Shown here one piece after another: positions 20,216 through 28,948 of a DNA stretch of 64,000 bases (position 1 is its first letter; every line of letters starts with the position of its first letter). The DNA comes from an uncultured Prevotellaceae bacterium (GTDB lineage Bacteria > Bacteroidota > Bacteroidia > Bacteroidales > Bacteroidaceae), in contig CAMVKN010000003.1 in the NCBI GenBank assembly GCA_947168045.1, positions 29,071 to 93,070 of the forward strand, read 5' to 3'. The notes beneath the pieces were generated by a model. The model was not told where the DNA came from. It ran no database searches and saw only the letters and a list, made by a program, of their open reading frames with translations. The translations under genes and the position numbers were made by a program.

Positions 20216-20568
20216 TGTCCTATATACTCTTGCACCGCCCCCTGGAACTCTTCCAAAGAGTGGCACACAACATATTTCACTTTGTATTTCTTGCACTCCC
20301 TCTCGAATGCCTTCTGCTCCGCGCTCTGCTTCCCGACGGGTGTCTTCATTTCAATGGCCAGCGCAGCATAGCCTCCCTGCGGGATAAGAAGGATGAGGTC
20401 GGCCACACCAGCACACACCCCTTCGTCCTTCATTATCTTGGCAGTCCACACATTGCGCTTGCCACCATTACCCACGGCAAAGAACATCCTTTCAATGCTC
20501 TCATACCGTCCGCGAAACCAGCGCACGCAGTCCTTCTGAATCTGGCTCTCACTCTGCGGCTTCATCAC
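20212..20568 (-). CDS. VRR-NUC domain nuclease
   Basis: ADLILLIPQGGYAALAIEMKTPVGKQSAEQKAF contains the D...E-x-K core. Size is 118 aa. Adjacent to the SNF2 helicase. Confidence 0.7.
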   Translation of the reverse strand: MMKPQSESQIQKDCVRWFRGRYESIERMFFAVGNGGKRNVWTAKIMKDEGVCAGVADLILLIPQGGYAALAIEMKTPVGKQSAEQKAFERECKKYKVKYVVCHSLEEFQGAVQEYIGQ

Positions 20569-20653
20569 TCGCCCCCTTTCCAGTCAGTTCGGACAGCTCG
20601 ACCAGCCCTTCCAAGTAGACTGCACTGCTCTTTGCTTCTTTCTGCTCCATAAC

Positions 20654-22360
20654 TTAGATTTTGCCTTTGAACATATCCATCGCGGCATCCATCAGCATCT
20701 GCTGGGTGCTGACCTTCTTTTCTTCCACATTGTCAATCGTACCAGTCACACCATTGGCGATGTCCTTCTTGGTCTGGATAAGCTCGTACATGTATTCGTC
20801 AATAGTATCTTTGCCCAGCAGATAGGTGCAGGTGACGGCATTTTTCTGCCCGTTCCTGTGCGCCCGGTCTTCTGCCTGGCAACAATCAGAGTACGTCCAC
20901 GGGAACTCGATAAACAATACATTCGAGGCGGCAGTCAGCGTGAGGCCTGTGCCACCGCTCCTGTAGTTCAGGATAATCAGCTTGCAATTCGGGTCGCCCT
21001 GAAAAGCATCTACGGCCCTCTGCTTTGCGTGGTCATCATCATCGCCTGTCACCGTGACAGCATCGCGGAACTCTTCTTTAAGCTCAAAAACGACTTGCTT
21101 CAGGAAACAGAAAACAATCAGCTTCTCACCACCATCTATCGTGTTATGGATGATGTCGATGGCGCTCTTAATCTTGCCCTTCGCTGAGATCTGCTTCAGG
21201 ATGCCCATCTTAACCATAATGGCACCCCTTATCGCCTTCTGAATCTTCTCTTCGTCTGCCTGCTTGAAATCCTTCAGGTAACGGATGACATCGGCCTCGG
21301 CCTGCTCATATTCCTTGCGATTCTCAATATCCGTAACCAAATATGAGCGTGTCTTATCCGGCAGCCATTTCAGCACATCCTTCTTTTGCCTCCTGAAATA
21401 GCAGAACTTATTCAGGTAGTAGTTGAGCTCTTTCAGATGGCTGGCCTTATTGTCGCCAGCACAATAGCGTTCCATGAACTTAGTATATCCCCCGAAATCT
21501 TCAAGCCTGCCCATAATACTGAGCTGCTGCACGAGGTCGGTGTTATTGTTTACCACTGGCGTGCCAGTCAGTTCGAGCACATATTCCTTGCCAGCAGCTA
21601 TGCCCTGCACGAACTTGGATTGCTGGGTCTTACTGCTCTTGCACTTGTGGCTCTCGTCTATTATCACAGAACGGAACAGATCGATGCGCTCGTCAAACTC
21701 TATGCTCTTCAGGGTGAATCGCTGCTGATTCTTGACCCTCTTCACAAAGAACTTTTTCAGGCTCTCATAGTTCGTGATGATTACCTGGCACAGAGGCTTG
21801 CCCGTGGCCGTGGTCATCGTGAGCAGATTCTGCCACATATTGCGGTTGCTATCGTCCAGTATGACTGCGCTCACGCCTCCGAACTTCTTAAACTCGCGCT
21901 GCCAGTTCACTTTCAAGCTCGACGGGCATATCACCAAGGCAGGGAATGCCCCGCTGGCTGTCATCGTGCCAATGGCCTGCGCAGTCTTACCAAGGCCGGG
22001 CTCGTCACCCATTATGCACCGCTTCTTTTCCAGTGCGTAGGCTATGCCCTGCCTCTGGTACTCATACGGCTCCAAGGTCATATTGTGCGGCACGGTCAGC
22101 TCCGGCATCGGCGGCACCTCATAGCTCTCAACAGGCTCGTCATCCTTCATCCACGCCACGCCCGCACAGAGGCGGTTGTTTACCGCCCATTCGGCCATAA
22201 GCTGCAGATAGTTCACATCATTAGTGGCCACCTCCCAAAAGCGCCCATCCGCTCGGTAACGAGCAGATGGGATTCGCTTTATGCACTTGACCAGCAAAGG
22301 ATGATACTGGAAAATCACCTTATAGCAGTTCGGTGTCAGCGTGTATGTCATCGGTTGCAT
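20654..22360 (-). CDS. SNF2-family helicase
   Basis: Motifs DEPGLGKTAQAI, IIDESHKCK and a C-terminal QAEDRAHRNGQ. Confidence 0.85.
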   Translation of the reverse strand: MQPMTYTLTPNCYKVIFQYHPLLVKCIKRIPSARYRADGRFWEVATNDVNYLQLMAEWAVNNRLCAGVAWMKDDEPVESYEVPPMPELTVPHNMTLEPYEYQRQGIAYALEKKRCIMGDEPGLGKTAQAIGTMTASGAFPALVICPSSLKVNWQREFKKFGGVSAVILDDSNRNMWQNLLTMTTATGKPLCQVIITNYESLKKFFVKRVKNQQRFTLKSIEFDERIDLFRSVIIDESHKCKSSKTQQSKFVQGIAAGKEYVLELTGTPVVNNNTDLVQQLSIMGRLEDFGGYTKFMERYCAGDNKASHLKELNYYLNKFCYFRRQKKDVLKWLPDKTRSYLVTDIENRKEYEQAEADVIRYLKDFKQADEEKIQKAIRGAIMVKMGILKQISAKGKIKSAIDIIHNTIDGGEKLIVFCFLKQVVFELKEEFRDAVTVTGDDDDHAKQRAVDAFQGDPNCKLIILNYRSGGTGLTLTAASNVLFIEFPWTYSDCCQAEDRAHRNGQKNAVTCTYLLGKDTIDEYMYELIQTKKDIANGVTGTIDNVEEKKVSTQQMLMDAAMDMFKGKI

Positions 22361-22372
22361 AGTCTCAGGGAT

Positions 22373-22984
22373 TTACGCGGCCTCCGGCTGCGGCTCTTTC
22401 TTCTTGCGGCCTTTCTTCTTCGGCTCGCCACCAGTCACATCGACCGTCACCTTCGGGACATCACCCGGCTGCACGCCATCGAAGGGGTCGCCAGCCTCGC
22501 CGAAGTTGAGCGTACCTTCCTTCAAGCCCCATTTACGTTCCTCGATGTACAGCTTGACCTCATACTTCAGGTTGTCGATGGCCAGCTGGAGATCGCCCAG
22601 GTAGTCGTACTTGTCATCGTCCGTAAGGCTCAGTTTCGGGCCATCGACCTTGACCACATCACCACGGGACAGGATGCGGGTGCCACTGATAGACACCTCG
22701 ACCTCACTCTCTCCCAAGGTCACATCGGAAACGGACAGACGATGATAGACACTCTTCTCGTCCGTGCCATCCTGGGCCAGCAGCTCGTTCAGTGTGAAGC
22801 CCATAGCCTCGCGCTGGTCAGTCAGCAAGGCAAGGTGAGGAATCAGGGCACGCATCGCGCTCTTCAGGTCACGGTGCACAATGTTCGCACCAGCCATCGT
22901 AATGGTGTCGCTGTCACCGTTTCGATACACCACCGTAAGGGTGTTCTGCTTCGTCAGTTGGATTTTTCTAAATTCCATACGCAA
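22373..22984 (-). CDS. Phage hypothetical protein
   Basis: 203-aa ORF with a basic tail (KKKGRKKKE). Confidence 0.35.
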   Translation of the reverse strand: MRMEFRKIQLTKQNTLTVVYRNGDSDTITMAGANIVHRDLKSAMRALIPHLALLTDQREAMGFTLNELLAQDGTDEKSVYHRLSVSDVTLGESEVEVSISGTRILSRGDVVKVDGPKLSLTDDDKYDYLGDLQLAIDNLKYEVKLYIEERKWGLKEGTLNFGEAGDPFDGVQPGDVPKVTVDVTGGEPKKKGRKKKEPQPEAA

Positions 22985-22999
22985 TTAAAATTTAAGAGA

Positions 23000-23419
23000 T
23001 TAAAAATTATACGTTTCATAGAACGCATCAAAATACTTGTCTTCAGGGAGTGGCAGCTGGATGCCCAGCTCTATCGCCGCATCGACCTTTATCTTGTTCA
23101 GGAAATCCGTCATCTGCTGCGTGTTCAGCTTGCTCGACGAGCTATAGACATACTCGGTGCGTTCGCCAATCGTCATCAGCTTCATCAGGAACTTCTTGCA
23201 GTAGTACAGATAAATGTCATCCTTCGGCGTGCCAGTCTCTCGCTCAATACAGGCAAACCACATCCACATCAAATCGTTCTGCGCTATCGTGCGCTTCTCG
23301 CTTGCCCTCTTGATGGTGAGCGTGTAAGTGCCATTTCTCAGGGTGGAAAAGAGATAGTCGAGATCTGTGTCGCACGTCACCCGACCATCCTTCTTAACCA
23401 CCGTCACCTGCTTGGCCAT
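23000..23419 (-). CDS. NinB/Orf-like recombination mediator candidate
   Basis: RTIAQNDLMWMWFACIE resembles the lambda NinB segment RSLDQNRKLWACLGDV. 139 aa, next to ssb. Confidence 0.4.
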   Translation of the reverse strand: MAKQVTVVKKDGRVTCDTDLDYLFSTLRNGTYTLTIKRASEKRTIAQNDLMWMWFACIERETGTPKDDIYLYYCKKFLMKLMTIGERTEYVYSSSSKLNTQQMTDFLNKIKVDAAIELGIQLPLPEDKYFDAFYETYNF

Positions 23420-24012
23420 CAGAATGGCAGCCCATCAGCTGGGGCATCCTGCGCCGGGCCTGGGAAGGGCATCCCACCCCCTTGCTGCTGCGACTGATGT
23501 CCATATCCCTGTTGCTGATAGACTGGCTGGCCCTGACCATTAACATGAGGCGGGAAGGGCTGCTGGCTTCCGTAGCCGCCGCCCTGCGGCTGATAACCGC
23601 CCTGCCTTTGGCCATACCCACCAGCCATCTGTTGTGGCTGTGGTGCGCCCGTCTGTGGCTGCTGGGCACCAGCATTCGGGTTGGTCATCAGGACTATGTC
23701 AGAGGCCACGATGTCAACGCTCTGCCTCTTCACTCCCTGCTGGTCTTGGTACTCGCCATAGGTAATCATGCCCTCGACGTCTACCTTCATGCCCTTCTTG
23801 ACATACTTTCCGCAAAAGTCTGCGGTCTGCCTCCAAGCTACGATATTATGCCACTCGGTCTTTTCAGGAACCTGTGTGCCATCCTGCTTCTTATAGCCAC
23901 CAGTAGAGGTGGCAAGGGTGAAGCGTGCATACTGCACGCCCTGCTGGGTCTGCCTAACCTCAGCATCCCTGCCAACAATACCGATGAGCGAACAATAATT
24001 CTTGTACCTCAT
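23419..24012 (-). CDS. ssb: Single-stranded DNA-binding protein
   Basis: N-terminal OB fold (TEWHNIVAWRQTADF), a Gly/Gln/Pro-rich linker and an acidic tip DGLPF. Confidence 0.85.
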   Translation of the reverse strand: MRYKNYCSLIGIVGRDAEVRQTQQGVQYARFTLATSTGGYKKQDGTQVPEKTEWHNIVAWRQTADFCGKYVKKGMKVDVEGMITYGEYQDQQGVKRQSVDIVASDIVLMTNPNAGAQQPQTGAPQPQQMAGGYGQRQGGYQPQGGGYGSQQPFPPHVNGQGQPVYQQQGYGHQSQQQGGGMPFPGPAQDAPADGLPF

Positions 24013-24950
24013 AGCACTTTAATCATTATGTTTGCCTTGACTTCCGAAATCTTCGCACATTCATCGTAGATGTCGGGATAGCTCTTTTTTAGCTTCGCGC
24101 TGTCTATAGAGATTCGAGTGGTCGCGGCCTTACGGGTGATGACCAGCCTTTCAGACTGCCATTTCTTCACGCCGTGCTCTTCCATGAGTTTCAGAAGGCC
24201 AGCCCGCAACTCATTCTTGCGCTCTTCCATTTCCTTCTGCTTCTGCTCGATGGCGATTATTTCCTCTTCCACATCGGCAAGGTTGGCTGGCAAGGTGTCC
24301 TCGGCAGGGGCCGGAGCATTGCCACCATTCCAAAGGTAGTCGAACTGCTCCTTATCCTCGCCGTTCAGGTAGGCCTCGACAATCTTATTGCAGGTATATG
24401 CATCGATGCGCTTCAGCTCCATAAACTGAGCCTCGCCATATTGCGGCTTCGGCAGCCACAACACAAAGAGGCGACCAGCTTTCAGATTGTTGCACATTTC
24501 AAACAGCATGGCATAGATAGACAGCTGTAGCGTGACGTTATTCACATGGATGCTGCTCGTGGTCTTGATGTCTGCCAGCGGGATAGTCCCGTCAGCTTCA
24601 GGCTGGAACACCACATCGATGCTGCTTGCTATCGCAAAGCCATCATCAACGAGATATTCATTGGCCAGTGTCTTCAGTCCGTGCAGCTCCTTCAGACGAA
24701 TGTAGTCCATTAGGGGCTGGCACTCTTCATCGACAATGCCAACGGTATCTGCCATTTCAATCTTCGAGTGAATCAGGCTACCATAGTCGGCTGCTTTCTT
24801 CAACACGTCTTCGGGGATGTCTTTGTAGGTCTCAGGGAACATCCAGCGGACAATCGGGGTGACACCCTTCAGGATAGCACCGCGCAAGTCATAGGTGTGG
24901 TGCTCCTTATTGAACACCACCGGGCTTTTCCTCAATGTTACTTTTTCCAT
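24009..24950 (-). CDS. PD-(D/E)XK family exonuclease
   Basis: SSIDVV ... LADIKTT gives a D...D-x-K arrangement. Partner position is next to the Rad52-like annealase. Confidence 0.55.
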   Translation of the reverse strand: MEKVTLRKSPVVFNKEHHTYDLRGAILKGVTPIVRWMFPETYKDIPEDVLKKAADYGSLIHSKIEMADTVGIVDEECQPLMDYIRLKELHGLKTLANEYLVDDGFAIASSIDVVFQPEADGTIPLADIKTTSSIHVNNVTLQLSIYAMLFEMCNNLKAGRLFVLWLPKPQYGEAQFMELKRIDAYTCNKIVEAYLNGEDKEQFDYLWNGGNAPAPAEDTLPANLADVEEEIIAIEQKQKEMEERKNELRAGLLKLMEEHGVKKWQSERLVITRKAATTRISIDSAKLKKSYPDIYDECAKISEVKANIMIKVL

Positions 24951-24968
24951 ATCGCTATGAGTTAAGAG

Positions 24969-25652
24969 TTATGCTGCTTCCTGTAGCTCCCGTGTGCGCT
25001 CCGTGCAGGCATCAATGAGCTGCTGGTCATTCTTCAGCTCGGGATAGTTCCTGTATATCTGCTCTATCTCCTGACGGGTGCCAGCTTTCATCACATCCTG
25101 GATGGCCTTGCCTCTCTTCTCTTGCAGCTGCATGGAGTTGCCATAGGTAAAGCGCACCCGGCCCTGGTCATCAGCCACCTGCAAGTAAGTCACGCGGCGG
25201 TCCATATACTCTATGTCCGTCACATAGAATCGGGTGCGCGGCTGCTTCTTTCCGTTGAATCCTGTGCGCCATTCATCGGCTGCGAGATTCACCCACACAA
25301 ACGGGCAGGTGTACAGCTCCCGGCCGATGCCCCAGTTCACACAGGCACGCTTGAAGGCATCTGAGGCCTGCCCCTTCTCCTTCTCGGTGTTGCTCTCCAC
25401 ACCCACATCCTGCTTGCTCACCCAATTGCCCTGGTCGTCGCGGATGCTCACCGTGCAGAACAGGTTGCCATTGATAAGTTCGTGGTCGCGCTTCCAGTTC
25501 ATCGGCCCCACCACTTCATCGAGCAGACGCATGTCCACTCGCGCATCCTTATACATCAACAGAGATACGCCCTTGTCAGTCACCGTGCCGACCCTGCACT
25601 CTATCTCGTCAGCGGTCAGCGTGCGAAATTCTAATTTTTCCATAATTACCAA
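24969..25652 (-). CDS. Rad52/Sak-like single-strand annealing protein
   Basis: ARVDMRLLDEVVGPMNWKRDHE ... ASDAFKRACVNWGIGRELY matches the Rad52-type SSAP core. Confidence 0.7.
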   Translation of the reverse strand: MVIMEKLEFRTLTADEIECRVGTVTDKGVSLLMYKDARVDMRLLDEVVGPMNWKRDHELINGNLFCTVSIRDDQGNWVSKQDVGVESNTEKEKGQASDAFKRACVNWGIGRELYTCPFVWVNLAADEWRTGFNGKKQPRTRFYVTDIEYMDRRVTYLQVADDQGRVRFTYGNSMQLQEKRGKAIQDVMKAGTRQEIEQIYRNYPELKNDQQLIDACTERTRELQEAA

Positions 25653-25680
25653 AATTTAGTTTGTGAATAAAAAGAACTTT

Positions 25681-25740
25681 GATGGCACGGCGGAATCGAA
25701 CCACCCGGACAATCACTTGCCCGCTCCCCAGCTGTACCAT
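25681..25740 (-). ncRNA. tRNA-like 60-nt element (acceptor + T-arm, no anticodon loop)
   Basis: Minus strand reads ATGGTAC...GGTGG-TTCGATT-CCGCC-GTGCCAT-C. It has a 7-bp acceptor pairing and a canonical T-arm. The 28-nt core has a 3-bp mini D-arm and a GGCAA-GTGA-TTGTC hairpin (GNRA loop). Confidence 0.3.
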
Positions 25741-25809
25741 TCCAATGAAAAAAAGATACAAGTAAGTCGCCCATCCACATGGATGGTGACTACAACGTGC
25801 GGATGCACG

Positions 25810-26031
25810 CTATTTCTTCCGATTCAGCAGCCGCACCATGTAGGCTGCTGCGGTAATGGGAACCAGCGACCACAATAAGGAATCTTCGACCATCATTGAG
25901 GCCAGCACTATGCAGATGGCAATACCATTGACCAGTATCACCTCTCTACGTGTCACACTGAATTCTGCCAGCGCAGAATAAAACTCGCTCCTTTCATTGA
26001 GCCACTTTGTTGCTTTTTCCTTCATAGTCAT
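25810..26031 (-). CDS. Small membrane protein
   Basis: Two hydrophobic segments (VILVNGIAICIVLASMM, LLWSLVPITAAAYMV). Start is chosen at the ATG abutting the upstream stop. Confidence 0.3.
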   Translation of the reverse strand: MTMKEKATKWLNERSEFYSALAEFSVTRREVILVNGIAICIVLASMMVEDSLLWSLVPITAAAYMVRLLNRKK

Positions 26032-26273
26032 TTTGCTTTTGCATACCGTAAAACATCGGAGGCGTTGCACAGCCATTTTCCATTTTGCGCCGTGCCGTTC
26101 CCCTTCTCGGCCCTAATCTTGCCCTCGACAATCAGCTGCCACAATCGTGATCTGCCGCCGACTATCTTCTCGCTGAATCTCAGGCCAAAGGTTTTATCGT
26201 TCATTACCCTGAGAATGGTGTCGAGCCGTTGGCTGTCCTCATGCATCATATATGCAAATCCGATTGGCTCCAT
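26028..26273 (-). CDS. Excisionase/AlpA-like HTH candidate
   Basis: RLWQLIVEGKIRAEK ... GKWLCNASDVLRY resembles HTH_17-type DNA-binding proteins. Confidence 0.3.
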   Translation of the reverse strand: MEPIGFAYMMHEDSQRLDTILRVMNDKTFGLRFSEKIVGGRSRLWQLIVEGKIRAEKGNGTAQNGKWLCNASDVLRYAKAK

Positions 26274-26488
26274 TCCCGTAATAACTCTATACCTAAATCA
26301 CGAATCTTTCTCAGGCTGAAGGGTATCTCCAGCCGCTCACATATCATCCACCATAAAAGCTCAGTATCTTTGGAGATACCGAGCTTCTTGTAGATTGCTT
26401 TCTTTTGTGTCTTGATAGTCCAGTATGATCTGCATAAGTTATCTGCGACCTCTTTATCGCTCAACCCTTTGCAATACTCCTGGGCCAC
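26246..26488 (-). CDS. LuxR-type HTH protein
   Basis: GLSDKEVADNLCRSYWTIKTQKKAIYKKLGI is a LuxR/GerE-type HTH. Confidence 0.6.
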   Translation of the reverse strand: MAQEYCKGLSDKEVADNLCRSYWTIKTQKKAIYKKLGISKDTELLWWMICERLEIPFSLRKIRDLGIELLREWSQSDLHI

Positions 26489-26521
26489 CCTGAGCTCCGT
26501 TTCAGACAGGATTGCTGCTGC

Positions 26522-26716
26522 CTACGCTGTCCGCGTGACCTTGATAAACAATCCCTCGGTGCGCATCATGAAACGCACGCCTTCGCGCCGCTTCTCTCTG
26601 TGCATCCGGCCCACGCTCACCTGAACGGATGTGATGCGCTCGACAGGCCATTCCTGCACCTCCCCGACCACCATCTTTCGGAGTATCGGGGTAATAGGCT
26701 TTTCGTTTACTTCCAT
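26522..26716 (-). CDS. Phage hypothetical protein
   Basis: 64-aa ORF in the operon. Confidence 0.3.
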   Translation of the reverse strand: MEVNEKPITPILRKMVVGEVQEWPVERITSVQVSVGRMHREKRREGVRFMMRTEGLFIKVTRTA

Positions 26717-26967
26717 CTGTCTGCAATCTCATTAAACACATCGCGCATAGTATCGATGCTCTTCTGCATCTGGCCCACGCGCACACACTCCTTTCCGTAG
26801 TTGTCGTACCAGTAATCTTTGCTCTCCTTTTCCTTTTCATACTGCACAGACAACTGGCTCACCTTGCTCTTCAGCTCTTCGATGGTCGCTTTCAGCTCGT
26901 TCAGCAAGTTCTCGACTTCGGCGATGGTCATTTCCTCGCCATTCACTAAGATTTTGTTCTCTTCCAT
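26707..26967 (-). CDS. Phage hypothetical coiled-coil protein
   Basis: 86-aa ORF preceded by the GTAACTAAAATA motif 9 nt upstream. Confidence 0.4.
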   Translation of the reverse strand: MEENKILVNGEEMTIAEVENLLNELKATIEELKSKVSQLSVQYEKEKESKDYWYDNYGKECVRVGQMQKSIDTMRDVFNEIADRWK

Positions 26968-27382
26968 GATTCAACGTATTTTAGTTACACAAAAAAAGAT
27001 TCGTGCTGGGCTGACATCCAACTGTCTGTTTGGGGTACTATCCTTCGCCCTATGGTGCGGAGTTTATCTGCGAAAAAGTGATATATCGGTGCAGACCGCG
27101 CCCAGCTTGCTTTGAACTTGCTACTTGGCTCCTTGTTACTTTCTCCCCTCTGCTTGCCTCGACCCCATCAGGGGCTGCTTGCTTCTAAGGTTAATGCTCG
27201 ATTCGATTATGTCAGCCTATCATAGGCAACCGGCTTGCTTCAGGACAATGCTTGCCGCCCTTATCTACTCGCCCCATCAGGCAGGGGAACCGCCAGCCTA
27301 CGGTATGCTGGCCACCAGTGCGGGTGCAGTCCACATCAAAGGGCAGGCTCTCAGGCCGCTGCACCCTATCCATCAAAACATC

Positions 27383-28141
27383 TTACTTGACATCATCGCG
27401 CCGGAAGTCATCACGGCCAAGGTAGAACTGCGCCCACAGCTCGGTGAACTGCTTGCCAGCATAGTCGGCCAGCTCTTCGCTCTTCAAAGCAAGCCGAGCG
27501 CCGAAGCTCGCGTCCGAATGCGAGAAGACGTTAATCGAGTAGACGCAAGCGAGACCGCAGGACGCACCGTGACACGCAGAACCGCCCCACAGCAGCAACT
27601 GGAGATTCTTGCGGCGCTCTTCATCCATCCCATCAATCTCTTCTTGCGTGTAGAGAATGAGATACGGATACCAGCGCTCTTCGTCAGTCGTGAACTCAGG
27701 CCACACCTTGGCATCCACGTCTGCCTCGCCCAGGCCGTTCAGGGCTGCACAGATGATTCGCAGCTTCATCATAGCCAGCACATCCACGGGCACATCGTCC
27801 TCGTTAATGTCAATGGTCATGCCCGTGGCCACCATAGCATCCTCGAAGGTCTTGATGGCCTTGTAGCCCACCTCTTCAATCTCGCCACTCTTCTCGTTCC
27901 AAATCAGGCCGCGCTTCATCAGCTCATTGGCCATCTTCTTGTTGACGCCATTCTGCGCAAACTGCAGGGATTTGAACACCTCGGCCAGCACACGGCTGTC
28001 TGAAAGGTGCATATCCTTCCACTCCTGGCAGAAGTCATCTTTGTTGATGTCACCTGCGGCCATATACATGGCATCGATTTGGTTGTACTCTTCAGCGGTC
28101 ACCTTCAGGCCTGTCCGCTCTTCAAATTCTTTCTGTAACAT
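27383..28141 (-). CDS. Phage hypothetical protein
   Basis: 252-aa acidic ORF. The opposite-strand 292-aa ORF has an antisense-like L/R/H/Q-rich composition. Confidence 0.45.
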   Translation of the reverse strand: MLQKEFEERTGLKVTAEEYNQIDAMYMAAGDINKDDFCQEWKDMHLSDSRVLAEVFKSLQFAQNGVNKKMANELMKRGLIWNEKSGEIEEVGYKAIKTFEDAMVATGMTIDINEDDVPVDVLAMMKLRIICAALNGLGEADVDAKVWPEFTTDEERWYPYLILYTQEEIDGMDEERRKNLQLLLWGGSACHGASCGLACVYSINVFSHSDASFGARLALKSEELADYAGKQFTELWAQFYLGRDDFRRDDVK

Positions 28142-28351
28142 ATCGCTTCAGTATTAAGTTACGTTGAGCAGTTCCGCTGCCCTCGGGGTCTTTTTGTTTC
28201 CACGTCTGGCCGTGGCACCGCCCCATGTAGTTCTATTCGTCCGGGGTCTGCGAATGTCCTATCTGGTAGGTCTTACCGCCTAATCTCATGTCACTTTGAA
28301 GGGGTGGCATCCGCTTGGCTTGAAGTCTATACCCTGTTATGCATGCACCTT

Positions 28352-28402
28352 GCGAGTGGGCCGGAGTTGAACCAGCATCTACCGCCGTTTCGGATTCACT
28401 CA
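28352..28402 (-). ncRNA. Second tRNA-like minihelix (acceptor + T-arm)
   Basis: Minus strand reads TGAGTGA-19 nt-GCTGG-TTCAACT-CCGGC-CCACTCG-C. Six of 7 acceptor pairs form. It starts at the stop codon of the 103-aa gene. Confidence 0.2.
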
Positions 28403-28711
28403 GTTATAGAGGCCAAACACCTCAAAATCATCTTGGCTGTTCCTGCGGTCGCTCTCGACCTCGCGCTCTATATCCCACCACTCAGGCAGTACGTCCAGCA
28501 CCTTCTCTATGATGCGCGGTGACTTGTGCCTGGCATCCTCATGGGCTACCCACACATCGGCCTGCCCGTCCTTCATCAGCTCCACACATATGAAGGCGTT
28601 GCCGTATTCAAACTCCTGGGAATAGCTCACGCAGCGATCTGCAATGGCCTCATAGACACCATCAGCCATCGTAGCCTTAATCTCTCTAAGTATCGTCTGT
28701 ATCTGTGCCAT
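28400..28711 (-). CDS. Phage hypothetical protein
   Basis: 103-aa ORF. Confidence 0.4.
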   Translation of the reverse strand: MAQIQTILREIKATMADGVYEAIADRCVSYSQEFEYGNAFICVELMKDGQADVWVAHEDARHKSPRIIEKVLDVLPEWWDIEREVESDRRNSQDDFEVFGLYN

Positions 28712-28714
28712 AGC

Positions 28715-28948
28715 TTACTTCACATAATAGGTTACGACCAGCCCGCGACGGAGCTTGCACACGCACTTATCATCCATGCACTTGAAAGCTCTCTGCAGCT
28801 GCTTGTTCAGAAGCTCTGCACCTATCAGGGTAAGAATGCCGGACACGCCCATCAGCTTGTCAACCTTCTTGCCATCCTCTTTCCTTCCGTATACCTTGAT
28901 GCGGAAGTTCTTGTTAATCTCGCTCGTTGTGAAATTTAATGTAGTCAT
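28715..28948 (-). CDS. Phage hypothetical protein (first early gene)
   Basis: 77-aa ORF divergent from the repressor gene. Confidence 0.4.
   Translation of the reverse strand: MTTLNFTTSEINKNFRIKVYGRKEDGKKVDKLMGVSGILTLIGAELLNKQLQRAFKCMDDKCVCKLRRGLVVTYYVK

Noticed and set aside
26968-27382. Diversity-generating retroelement or retron in the phage non-coding gaps.
   Set aside because: No reverse transcriptase ORF occurs anywhere in the window, and no template/variable repeat pair was seen.
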